DNA of 64,000 nucleotides from an uncultured Bacteroidota bacterium. GTDB taxonomy: Bacteria; Bacteroidota; Ignavibacteria; UBA10030; UBA6906. The DNA lies in assembly GCA_963700635.1 (NCBI GenBank), contig CAVOYH010000003.1:128001-192000 (forward strand), in the 5' to 3' direction. Below the pieces are notes generated by a model. That model was not told the origin of the DNA. It made no database searches and worked only from the letters and a program-made list of their open reading frames with translations. Shown piece by piece: positions 20,190 to 30,500 of this stretch (positions are counted from its first letter, which is position 1; every line of letters starts with the position of its first letter). The position numbers and the translations under genes were made by a program.

Positions 20190-22706
20190 TTATTTTAGCA
20201 CAACCATTTTTCGCATGGTCGTCTTCCCGCCCATAAACAGAACGGCAAAATAGGTGCCGCTCGGCAGGTGCGTCGCGTCAAACATGACGCTGTGATCCCC
20301 CGCCGGTTTTTCTTCGTTTACAAGGACACCCACTTCCTGTCCGAGCAGATCAAACACCTTTAACGTCACAACACCCGGTTGTGAGAGTGTGTATTCGATC
20401 GTGGTCCGGGGATTAAACGGATTGGGGAAGTTCTGGCGCAGCTCCCAGATGCCCGGAACGGCATGATCTCCGGCCACGGCAGAGATCCCTTCGAAATACC
20501 CCAGCACCTTTCCGATCAGATTCGCCCTCCGTGCCGGTGACCCGATGGTCTCGACGGCAAATCCGATGTAGATCAGTTTCCCCGTCGCCGTTCCGGATCC
20601 AAACGGTCCGGCATACTGAACGGCGGCGGTACGTGATGCCGAATAGATCAGCGCCGCAAGGGATCCTCCTGTCGGGGTGATGTAGTCCGGATAGTCTTCG
20701 GGATACACCTCCCCGAAGGTTCCGCTCTCGCCGTGAAATGCCGACCCGGCGACCCCGGTGTATGTCAGTGTCCCCGCATTATCGCCTGCATACGTCGCCT
20801 TAAGATAGCCGGAATAGAATGCCGGGGCATAATTCGCCGAAACACTCCGGCCAAGATCGTATCCGATCTCCGAGCCGGTGATACACAGATGACCTCCGTT
20901 CTGAAGGTATGTCTGGAGAAGAGTCTGTTCAACGGAATTCAGGGAAAGGTCAGCAACAGATTCGTCGCCGAGGAACCAGAGAAGCCCGGCGTACGACGGA
21001 AGTGACACGATGGCGCGTTGCACAGCATCATTGTCCGCCGCATCCGATTGCCATCCATTCTCCCCCAGGGCTCTTACGTACTGTGCTGCAAAATTGTGGT
21101 GGCGCCGGCTGTAGCTCCCCGTCACCCGGTCGAACCCGTCAATGACAAGATACCGTTGTCCGGTCCCGGTCCGCACGGCGTAGGTGTCGGACGTATCACT
21201 CAACCGTATGCGTGAGCTATCCACCGCCAGCATCCGGACATAATAAGTGGTCTTGTCTGCAAGCTTCGGGATCACAGCCGAGCGGCGCTCGGGAGTAAGA
21301 ATACTTTCATCCAGATGGGGTGTGGCCGGCCAGACATCCGGGTTCTGACTCACGAACAAACGGAACCCGCCCAGAAACTGTTCTCCCGCCGATTCCCATC
21401 GAACAAGAATTCTGGATTCGGAAGGTGTTGAACTATCTTTTACCGCCGCAAGCACGGGCGCGGATGGAATCCGCGGCACATACCCGGAATCCGTCATGTA
21501 CTGGGCAAGGACGTTCCAGATATCCTGATTACCCGCATCCATTCCCAGAGCCCACATCCCGACTCCCCCCAGGTCACGGTCCAGTACAAACTGGTACTTG
21601 TGACTCATACTCTCGGGATCGTCGTACCATCCCTGATACCATTGCGTGCCCGCCTGGTAACGGAACCATGCGTTGAGGGCTGACTGCTCCCAGAGCCGGC
21701 CATACGTTCCAATATATCCCAGGGCATCGGGATAGTATATGACCGTGCCCGAACCCTGCGTCAGCGCCTTTGGATCGCCGGAGGCGGCCGGCCATCGGTA
21801 CCCGAAGTGGGGAACGCCCAGAATTATTTTGCCGGCAGGAATCCGCGCCTGCACAAAATCGATGAACGTGGTGATATTCAGACTTCCCCAGAAACTGTTG
21901 TTCGGCAGGAGCCCGACGGGACGGGTTGTGCTGGTGCCCGACCAGCCGTAGCCATATCCCTGGAAGAAGAAGAGATCCACTGAACCGTAGAGAGCCACCA
22001 GATCCCAGTCGCCGGCGCGGGTATCAAAATCCGTCGGCGCACACGAGACCTGCGACCCCGGCATCCGGATGTGGAAACTGTCCGCCAGAACCTGCATAAA
22101 CTCCGTCAGCGCATCCCTGCTGCCGCTGTTGATCCCTTCGAAATTGATGTTGATCCCATCGCCGTTTCCGGCCTGGACAATGGCAAGGGCCTGCTGGATG
22201 AATGTGGTCCGATAGAGGGGAGTGTTTACAAGCGCGTCGATGTCGCTGGAACTGAAGTTGGTAAAGCAGAGCACTACCTTTACGCCGTTTGTGTGGGCGG
22301 TGTTGATCATGCTGATCACATCAGCAACCGCCGCGGGGTCGCCCGGATATCGAGGCCAGCCGTGGGTGTCACCGATCGATCCATCGGTATTAATCTCCCC
22401 GCTGAAGTAGGCGATGGTGCTCACGAGCCGGTAGTTGAGCTGTGTCCATCTGGACCGGAACCAGTACGGCAAATACCCGAACACTTCACGAGTAAGCGAG
22501 ATGTTTTTCTGGGAGAGATCAAGAGGCAGGATGGTATACCCCGCCGGTGCGATTTCAACGGACGCGGTTTTCTCCGTTTCCCTGTACATGCGGGCAAACA
22601 TCCCGTGCACACTGGAATCAGCCGGAAGAATCTCGGGGAATGATACGGTGGGCCAGAGCAGACACAGGAAGATAAAAAGGTTGCGCCGGCCGCTGCGATG
22701 TGACAT
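20190..22706 (-). CDS. GH18-family glycoside hydrolase (putative N-acetylglucosaminidase) + FN3 + alpha/beta domain + T9SS CTD
   Basis: EVFGYLPYW, AHTNGVKV, DGININFE, QGYGY, KIILGVPHFGYRW, WYDDPES..HKY...LGGVGMWALG; LRQNFPNPFNP...RKMVVLK. Confidence 0.88.
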   Translation of the reverse strand: MSHRSGRRNLFIFLCLLWPTVSFPEILPADSSVHGMFARMYRETEKTASVEIAPAGYTILPLDLSQKNISLTREVFGYLPYWFRSRWTQLNYRLVSTIAYFSGEINTDGSIGDTHGWPRYPGDPAAVADVISMINTAHTNGVKVVLCFTNFSSSDIDALVNTPLYRTTFIQQALAIVQAGNGDGININFEGINSGSRDALTEFMQVLADSFHIRMPGSQVSCAPTDFDTRAGDWDLVALYGSVDLFFFQGYGYGWSGTSTTRPVGLLPNNSFWGSLNITTFIDFVQARIPAGKIILGVPHFGYRWPAASGDPKALTQGSGTVIYYPDALGYIGTYGRLWEQSALNAWFRYQAGTQWYQGWYDDPESMSHKYQFVLDRDLGGVGMWALGMDAGNQDIWNVLAQYMTDSGYVPRIPSAPVLAAVKDSSTPSESRILVRWESAGEQFLGGFRLFVSQNPDVWPATPHLDESILTPERRSAVIPKLADKTTYYVRMLAVDSSRIRLSDTSDTYAVRTGTGQRYLVIDGFDRVTGSYSRRHHNFAAQYVRALGENGWQSDAADNDAVQRAIVSLPSYAGLLWFLGDESVADLSLNSVEQTLLQTYLQNGGHLCITGSEIGYDLGRSVSANYAPAFYSGYLKATYAGDNAGTLTYTGVAGSAFHGESGTFGEVYPEDYPDYITPTGGSLAALIYSASRTAAVQYAGPFGSGTATGKLIYIGFAVETIGSPARRANLIGKVLGYFEGISAVAGDHAVPGIWELRQNFPNPFNPRTTIEYTLSQPGVVTLKVFDLLGQEVGVLVNEEKPAGDHSVMFDATHLPSGTYFAVLFMGGKTTMRKMVVLK

Positions 22707-22865
22707 GGGTGACAGGATCGTGCTTTCTTTTAAGGAGACGAATGCCGGGGAAAATGTCAACAGAGCACCCCACTCCGGCGACCTTCTTTCAGAAGAACGG
22801 CTGCAGAAGGACCTAACCGGGAGCGCCTGACTCCCGGGTGGTAATACTGAAAGAAAGAGGTCCGC

Positions 22866-22902
22866 TGAAACAGAGCCCCCCGCCAGAAAAAAAGCGGGGG
22901 GC
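22866..22902 (-). terminator. Probable intrinsic terminator after the 22998-24464 gene
   Basis: GCCCCCCGC (22875-22883) / GCGGGGGGC (22894-22902) stem followed on the minus strand by a weak TCTGTTTC tail. Confidence 0.55.
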
Positions 22903-22997
22903 AATATACGGGCGGCGTTCACGTTGGGCGGAACCCGGAACGTACCGCCGCCGGTCTGGGTCCGGTGTATCGGACCACCGGCGGACCCGGAATATCC

Positions 22998-24464
22998 TTA
23001 CTTCAGAATCACCATCTTCTTTACTGCGGAATACGATCCTGCCTTCAGCGTATAAAAATATGTTCCGCTGGGCAGGTTTGCTGCGTCAAACGTGGCGCGA
23101 TACGTTCCCGCACCTTTTTCCTGGTTTATCAGCGTCGCGATTTCCTGGCCGAGGACATCAAACACCTTCAACGACACAAAGCCTGACTGCGGGATGGTGA
23201 ATTCAACGGTCGTCGTCGGGTTAAACGGATTGGGGTAGTTTTGCGACAGGGTATAACCCGATGGCAGTTCTCCGCCTATCTCTTCTACGCCGGTCGTGAA
23301 GCTGGGTAGTGTCCCGTTGTATTTCCACTTCTCAACGGTCCACCCGTAATACGATTGGCTGTAGAGGTTCTCGTTCTGATCCCATTTTACGTCGTAGGTG
23401 GAGGCGTACGCAGAAACGTTTCCCGGAATGTCTCCATCACCGCGCGATGAGTAGCTTCCGGTGATCGCAAAGGCCCAGGCGGCCTGATCGATCGTATTCA
23501 TGCTCGTGTCCGGAGAAATGAACGCGCCGGTGTTGCCGTTCAAGAGATAAATCCTTCCGTAGGAGTAGTTGGTCCCTCCGGACGGTTTCCACATCGAATC
23601 ACATGCCACAGCGAGGATGTTTTTTGATGCGAGATGAGCCAGCCCGATCGGTCCCGTACGCGATGGGGCTAAGGTACCGGTCAAGGTATCTTTGGGGCCC
23701 ATGCTGAAGCTGAATCCCGGTGCAAGAGTGTAACCGGTCGCGGGTGTCCCCACGTACTTTATCACCCTGAAATTTTTGTAGTCTGCGATGAATATTGCGT
23801 TCCCACTGGACGTCACGGCGATCCCTTTATAGACGCCGTCGGGAAGGTTGATTGTCGTGATCGGCGCATCGGTGTGTCCTGCAGGTGTCCACTGGGCAAT
23901 GGGGCGATACACTTTCAGGTCTGCGGTGACGCCCGTTGTCGAGTCGTTACACACGTAGACGTAACCGTTGGCGTCAACATCAATACCAAAAATGTTGTTC
24001 GTGCCGGTTTGCTGGCGGGGGAACGGGTCCACAATAGTGATCGTATCTGCTGTGTATTTGAACACCAGCACATTGTGGTCCGGATCATTATTTGCAACGT
24101 AGATCAGACTGTCCGGTGTTGCTTTGATTTTATACGCATTCAGCATCGGCACCTGGTCGAATCCGCCGTCGGTCCAGACCTGATAGATGCCCGATGTGAC
24201 TCCGGACCCGTACCCGTAAAAGTACTTTCGCCCGAGTCCGGAATCCGCATTAACGTAGGGGACCATAAAATTCCGGGTATTCCGGGTTGTCACGAGCGCA
24301 ACGAACATGTTTTCTTTGATCACACCCACACCCATGACCTGGTGCCCCGTGCCGTTGGCTTCGTTATCCCACGTTGCGTACAGGCAGTTCCACTGGGCGT
24401 CGGCGGAAGCGCCGAGTACCAGCATGAGTACAACCAACAAGCCGAATTGTAGGAATTGTTTCAT
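22998..24464 (-). CDS. T9SS cargo protein, NHL-like beta-propeller, function unknown
   Basis: GGAGG upstream of ATG 24464; signal ADA-Q; FGIDVDANGYVYV, KGIAVTSSGNAIFIADY; LSQNYPNPFNP...KKMVILK. Confidence 0.82.
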   Translation of the reverse strand: MKQFLQFGLLVVLMLVLGASADAQWNCLYATWDNEANGTGHQVMGVGVIKENMFVALVTTRNTRNFMVPYVNADSGLGRKYFYGYGSGVTSGIYQVWTDGGFDQVPMLNAYKIKATPDSLIYVANNDPDHNVLVFKYTADTITIVDPFPRQQTGTNNIFGIDVDANGYVYVCNDSTTGVTADLKVYRPIAQWTPAGHTDAPITTINLPDGVYKGIAVTSSGNAIFIADYKNFRVIKYVGTPATGYTLAPGFSFSMGPKDTLTGTLAPSRTGPIGLAHLASKNILAVACDSMWKPSGGTNYSYGRIYLLNGNTGAFISPDTSMNTIDQAAWAFAITGSYSSRGDGDIPGNVSAYASTYDVKWDQNENLYSQSYYGWTVEKWKYNGTLPSFTTGVEEIGGELPSGYTLSQNYPNPFNPTTTVEFTIPQSGFVSLKVFDVLGQEIATLINQEKGAGTYRATFDAANLPSGTYFYTLKAGSYSAVKKMVILK

Positions 24465-24535
24465 CGTTCCTCCTGATTGTTGCATGGCGTGAATGGCTGC
24501 CGGAATGACAGGCAAAAAGGCGCAGTCCTTCAATG

Positions 24536-24563
24536 AAGTTAACACAAACAATGTAAAAATCAA
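24536..24563 (-). promoter_or_regulatory. Putative promoter (extended -10) for the 22998-24464 gene
   Basis: Minus strand TTGATT-N16-TAACTT, with TGT directly before the -10. Confidence 0.5.
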
Positions 24564-24573
24564 GGATTCCGGC

Positions 24574-24602
24574 TTGACTAAGGATGGGGGTTTGTCTATA
24601 TT
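24574..24602 (+). promoter_or_regulatory. Sigma70-type promoter for the module 2 operon
   Basis: TTGACT-N17-TATATT. Confidence 0.7.
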
Positions 24603-24726
24603 TTTACACAGTAACGGTGATCCTAGCCCCTCCGTCACATCCACAGATTTGCAGGAATGAGACCTTTTTTTCCCTTCTCAATCTCCCAGTAGACGAATGG
24701 CATTAACATCAACTAGAAGGTACACC

Positions 24727-27567
24727 ATGAGCATCCTTACCCGATGTGTGGCGGTTCTGCTCGGCCTTTGCCTCTGTATCCCCACGCTGTTTGCCGGGAC
24801 TTCCGGCAAGATTTCCGGCACAGTCCGGGATTCCAGGACAAAGGAACCACTTCCCGGGGTGAACCTCATTGTTGAGGGAACAACGCTCGGCGCATCAAGC
24901 TCCATCGACGGCCGGTATGTGATCCTCAATGTCCCGCCGGGGCGCCACAAGGTAATGGCCTCATTGATCGGTTACCGCCGATTTGAGGTAAACGAACTGC
25001 GCGTATCGGTGGATTTTACCACTCCCCTTGACATCGATCTGGTGGAGGGGAGCGTGGAACTTGACGCGGTGGTAATTCAGGCCGAGCGTTCGCCGCTCAT
25101 CCGCCAGGATCTCACCAACCCGGTGGCTTCCATCTCTTCGGAGGCCATCGAAGCCCTCCCGGTGACGGATATCAGCGAGGTGATCGGGCTACAGGCGGGG
25201 ATTACCGTCGATGACGACGGCAGTATCCATATCCGCGGCGGTTTGGGCAATGAGATCGCCTACACCCTGAACGGTATGAACATCAATAACCCGTATGGCA
25301 ACACCCGCTCGGTCGGCGTCGCCACCAATGCCGTCCGGGAGGTTTCCGTTTCCAGCGGCACGTTTAGTGCCGAATACGGCAGCGCCCTGAGTGGAGTGGT
25401 AAATTATGTTACCCGGGACGGCGGATCCAGGTGGGCTGGCAGCGCGAAGTATTACACCGGCGACCACGTCAGCAGCCACAAGGATCTCTTCTTTAATATT
25501 GACAATTTCAACCCCGCAAATGTGAACCGGACAGAGTTTACGATCGGCGGTCCCGTCGTGGGTGACAACCTGATGTTCTTTGCTTCAGGCGTCTACAACT
25601 GGAGCGGCGGACACCTGTACGGCCAGCGGATCTATCTCCCCACCGATTCGTATCTCTCACGGGAGGGGTTCCCTTCCGACGATCCGCGGCGCGGCACGGC
25701 GTCCTCTCCCTACTATTTCGGCCCGGTCGGTCACGACACGACGGACACGGTTGGTCTGCCCGGGGGTGACGGCAGTACCGTCTCCCTGAACTGGAGCCGT
25801 TCTTATAATATCCAGGGAAACCTGAGCTGGCGCGTTTTCCCTGAGATGAAGTTGAAGTACGAGTTTATTGTAAATTTTGATGAATCACCGGATGTAAACC
25901 CCTTCGCTGCCCGGTACAAACCTGACGGCATCGCTCTTGAACGTTATGAAGGGTACATGCACGCGGTGGAGTTCACACACACGGTGAGCCCTTCGATGTT
26001 CTACACGGTGAAGGGATCGTTTATCACGGATAAAGGACGTAGCTGGGCGTACGATAGCCCCACCGACCCGCGCTATGTCCCGTCATTTTATTCCCGCACC
26101 TTTCCCAATACGTCATACCTGACCGGCGGCACAGATCCCGATCGCTTCAGCCGGAAAACTGAGACTCTGGCGGGCAAGGTGGACCTCGTGGCGCAGCTAT
26201 TTGGCAACCATGAAGTAAAAGCCGGTATAGAAGTGCGGAGCCACCACCTGACGGTCGAGTCGTACACACTCCAGTTCCGCGATCCGAACGACCCGAGCGC
26301 GGAACCCAGCTTCACCAATGCCATCGGGAACGGGAATGTCTTCCTCCCCTATATCCCGACCGTTGAGGGGGGCTACACCGCCTATGACAGGAAGCCGCTG
26401 CAAATGGCCGCCTATGTGCAGGACAAGATCGAGCTCTTCCAGTCTATCATCCTCAACCTTGGCGTCCGTTACGAATACTTCGATCCGGCAGCCAGGTACA
26501 ACAACAACCTGAGCCAGGAAGTGACCGATTCGAACACGACGTTTATTCAGGCTAACCTCGCCGATGCGTCAGTCAAACACATGGTCAGCCCCCGTATCAG
26601 CGTTTCGTATCCCATTACGGATCAGGGGACCATTCGATTCTCCTACGGACATTTTTACCAGATTGGTTCTCTCTCCAGTCTGTACAGCAATCCCAACTTC
26701 CGCGCACCACAGGGCTCGACTCCGTCATTCGGCAATCCGGACGTGCGTCCTCAAAAGAGCGTACAGTATGAACTCGGCCTGCAGCAGGGGTTGACTGAGG
26801 ACCTGAAAATAGAACTCTCGGGTTATTACAAGGACGTGCGCGACTACATATACTCGCAGCGCGTGATCACCGCCCGGGGCGACAAGCAGTACAACCTGCT
26901 CACCAATTTGAGTTATGCCAACACCCGCGGTATCAGCATTTCGCTGCTCAAGCGGCGTTCTGTTGATGACCTCCTCTCGGCCACACTTGACTATACCTTC
27001 CAGGTGGCCGAGGGGAACCGCACACAGCCCACGGATGAGATTTTCTTTAATGAGCAGCAGGGGAGGCTGAGTCAGACCTATCTGGTGCCGCTGAGTTTCG
27101 ACCGGAGCCACACGATTACCAGCACGGTCTCTCTTTCACAACCCAACGACTGGTCCGTGAGTATGATCGGCTATCTGCGCACCGGCACCCCGTACACTCC
27201 GGAGTTCCCGTCGAACGTGATTCCTATCTCGTTCGTGCAGAACAGCGACCGCCAGCCGATGCAGTGGAATGTGGACCTGAAGGTTGAGAAGTTCTTCACC
27301 TTCGGTCCGTTTTCCTATTCCGTGTTCGTGCAGGTGGATAATCTGTTCGACGCCCAGAATGAGCTCTACGTCTACGTGAATTCCGGCCGCGCGCTCTACA
27401 ATATCTCCCAGACACTGCAGCCGGAGCTCCTTTCCGACCTCAGAAACCGGATCACTCGGGACGACCCGGGGATGATTCCGTTGAGCGGCGTGGACAACTA
27501 CTATGCTAATCCGGGAAATATCAGCACCCCGCGGTTGATCCGCGTTGGTGCATCGATCCTATTCTAA
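24727..27567 (+). CDS. TonB-dependent receptor (module 2)
   Basis: Signal LFA-G; GTSGKISGTVRD, DAVVIQA, HIRGG, GTFSAEYG, YVQDKIEL...NLGVRYEYF, SPRISVSYPI, PRLIRVGASILF. Confidence 0.92.
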   Translation: MSILTRCVAVLLGLCLCIPTLFAGTSGKISGTVRDSRTKEPLPGVNLIVEGTTLGASSSIDGRYVILNVPPGRHKVMASLIGYRRFEVNELRVSVDFTTPLDIDLVEGSVELDAVVIQAERSPLIRQDLTNPVASISSEAIEALPVTDISEVIGLQAGITVDDDGSIHIRGGLGNEIAYTLNGMNINNPYGNTRSVGVATNAVREVSVSSGTFSAEYGSALSGVVNYVTRDGGSRWAGSAKYYTGDHVSSHKDLFFNIDNFNPANVNRTEFTIGGPVVGDNLMFFASGVYNWSGGHLYGQRIYLPTDSYLSREGFPSDDPRRGTASSPYYFGPVGHDTTDTVGLPGGDGSTVSLNWSRSYNIQGNLSWRVFPEMKLKYEFIVNFDESPDVNPFAARYKPDGIALERYEGYMHAVEFTHTVSPSMFYTVKGSFITDKGRSWAYDSPTDPRYVPSFYSRTFPNTSYLTGGTDPDRFSRKTETLAGKVDLVAQLFGNHEVKAGIEVRSHHLTVESYTLQFRDPNDPSAEPSFTNAIGNGNVFLPYIPTVEGGYTAYDRKPLQMAAYVQDKIELFQSIILNLGVRYEYFDPAARYNNNLSQEVTDSNTTFIQANLADASVKHMVSPRISVSYPITDQGTIRFSYGHFYQIGSLSSLYSNPNFRAPQGSTPSFGNPDVRPQKSVQYELGLQQGLTEDLKIELSGYYKDVRDYIYSQRVITARGDKQYNLLTNLSYANTRGISISLLKRRSVDDLLSATLDYTFQVAEGNRTQPTDEIFFNEQQGRLSQTYLVPLSFDRSHTITSTVSLSQPNDWSVSMIGYLRTGTPYTPEFPSNVIPISFVQNSDRQPMQWNVDLKVEKFFTFGPFSYSVFVQVDNLFDAQNELYVYVNSGRALYNISQTLQPELLSDLRNRITRDDPGMIPLSGVDNYYANPGNISTPRLIRVGASILF

Positions 27568-27597
27568 CAATTTCATTCTTAATCAGCGGGATTCCGT

Positions 27598-30500
27598 ATG
27601 AAGAAGACGATGATCATGCTCCTCGCGTTCCTGGCCATTGTGGTGCTGCGCACCGCGGCCACGGCACAGGAGATTGACTGGAAGACGTTTGATCCCAAAC
27701 GGGCGACCCCGGATGAATGGCAGCGCGTCCTGAGTTTTATGGAACAGAATGAGCGGCGCCTGGCTAAAACAACAGGCGAAGCGCGTGAGATCCGCAGCCT
27801 GATCATCCGCGGCAACAAGATTACCACCGTCGTCTATAATTACGGGAGTATAACCCGTCCGAATACGCTCGGCAACGTGGCGGACCTAGTGTGGAACCGC
27901 CTGGGATACGGGTTTGAGTTTACTCCTCTGGTCGGCGCAACGGTCACCGACACCAGCGGCAGGCAGGTCAGCATTCTTAATGACGGCATGTGGCTGGCCA
28001 ATCAGGGGGGGTATTCTCCCGACAACACGGTCAAATGGGGATGGCTCCCGAAGGCCGGTTATGCAGCTTCCGGCCAGAATGATATCGCCGCATGGAGTCA
28101 CCGGTCCGATGTGGGTGGCGACCTGACACGCCGGCCCCACAGCTGGCCGGAGTCATGGTACAACCAGACACTCGGACGGTATGTCTGGCCGGCATTCCTC
28201 GGAAACGATGCAACTGCCCCGGACGAAGAGGCATATTTTGTTGTGGACGATTACACCAATGCCAAGTATCCATACTATCCGTTTCCCGATGATTCATCAA
28301 AGCGCGGCCTGGGTCTGGATATGGAGTGCCGTTTCTTCCAGTTCAACAACCCTCTGGCCGAAGACATCATTTTCCTCGTCTATCGTGTAACGAACAAAAG
28401 TCCAAAAACCATCAACAAGGTCTACTTCGGCATGTACGGTGACCCGCATGTCGGTGGTCCAGCCGATTACGGAGATGACCTCGCGTATTTTATCCCCCCC
28501 AGGGGGGTGCTCGCCGACCCGTTTCCCCAGCGCGCACGATCCATGGTCTATGCCTGGGATGACAATGGGACGGGGGACGGCGGTCTGACCTGCGGTTACT
28601 TCGGGTTCAAATTTCTCGAATCGCCGACCAACTCCGCCAACGGGCGGGACGATGACGACGACGGGATCAACGATGAAAGTCCGTTTAATGACGCAGGATT
28701 CTATATTGACGGTGTGACGTTCCCCCTGAACACGGGAATCGAGGACACGATAAAATACATCAAAGTGTTCGGAAAAATCAAAGCCCGGTGGGCGGGCGAC
28801 GAGGATGGCGACTGGGATCCTGAAAAAGACGACGTCGGCATCGATGGTATCGCCGGCACCGGGGATTTCGGCGAGGGGAACAAGAAACCGGACATCGGGT
28901 ATGACGCCAACGGCATCCTGGTCTCCGAACCGCACTTCGGCATCCGTGACGTTGACGAGTCGGATCAGATCGGTCTGACCAGCTTTAATGCCCTCGGCTA
29001 TACCAACGGCGTTCCGAATGTCCCGAAGAATGACGTCTTCTTCTACCAGCTGCTGTCTTCCGACAGTATTGCCATTGACCAGGTGCTCTTCCGGACGCCG
29101 AGCGACAACATCTTCCTCTACGGCTCCGGACCATTCCCGCTGGCTCCGGGCGGGACCCAGCGGTTCTCGATCGCGCTGATGATGGGGGAGAATCTGCCCG
29201 ATCTGCTCCTGAATGCAGAAACTGCACAGCGTGTGCTTGAAGCCAACTACCTGTTTGCCCAGCCCCCGCCCAAACCAAACGTTCGTGCAATCCCCGGCGA
29301 CCGAAAGGTAACCCTCTACTGGGACGCTGCGCCGGAAATTGCCGTGGATCCGCTTACCGCCACGCAAGATTTTGAAGGGTACAAGATTTACCGGAGCGAG
29401 GACTATACCTTCAGTGATGTCTACACCATCACCGACGCGAACGGCGCGGCATTCCTGCCGAATGCGATGATCGATGCGACCGGGCAACGCGCGCAGTTTG
29501 ATCTCGTGAACGAGTGGTCCGGCCTGCATCCTGTGGAGTACATCGGCCGCGGCGTGAAGTACAACCTTGGCAACAACTCCGGCCTCGTCCACGAGTTTGT
29601 GGACTCAACCGTCACCAACGGCAAGACCTATTACTACGCCGTGGCGTCCTACGACCATGGCTTCGACAGTCTCGGTGTACAACTCCCTCCGACAGAGTCG
29701 CAGATCGCAATCACGAAGGACCCCGTGACCGGCGTGCTGTCTTTTGACCAGAACACGGTCTCCGCCGTGCCGGGACCGCTTCCATCGGGTCAGACAAAAG
29801 CGATAGTCGACAATGACTTTATGCCCAGGCGCGTGAAGGGGATCTCCACCGGTTCCATGACTGTGAAGGTCATGGAGGATGTGGCTGTCCTCGATGGCGC
29901 TCAGTACAATATCGATTTCCGCACAGCGGCCTCGAAGGTGGTCTATGATATTCAATCCCTCACCTTCCACACCGACAATTTCATCTCTCGCGACACGGTG
30001 TTCGTTCCGCTGAGCAGGAAAAACCTCATTACTTCCACCGTTACGGTAAAAGATGCTGCCGGTGCAACCGTTAACCCGTCGCTCTATCGTATTGATGTTC
30101 CGGGAGGAAGGATCCGCGGTGTTGCGCCCGGCAACCTTCCGGCTAATGCGGCATTCAGCATAACGTATCAGTACTACACCGTGTTCGAAAGCAACCGGCT
30201 TGCCGCGGAAGATGATAACGCGGTATTCGACGGTATGCGCGTGTATGTCAAAGATGTGCCGCTGGGGATTGATTCGGCCAACAGCGGCTGGGCAAGCAAG
30301 AATAATACATCCCTCACCGCACGTGTGCACAAGACCATTGCCCTGCCAACCGCACCGTTCCGGCCGGCCCCGCTCGATTTCCAGATTCAGTGGAACAGAA
30401 CTGACACGACGGCCAACGGCAAGTGGGCATTCCCGGGTGACACGCTCCTGAACAATTCCGGCCGCCGTGTGGTGGTCTGCCCGTTCAGAATCATCAACGT

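Noticed and set aside
22755-22760. Perfect TTGACA on the minus strand upstream of the GH18 gene as a promoter
   Set aside because: No convincing -10 hexamer at 16-18 nt spacing.
28297-29592. 431-aa antisense ORF (likewise 39837-41048, 9312-10235, 35275-36177, 56960-57844, 62163-63056)
   Set aside because: They lie opposite well-supported genes and show no motifs; typical shadow ORFs of high-GC coding DNA.
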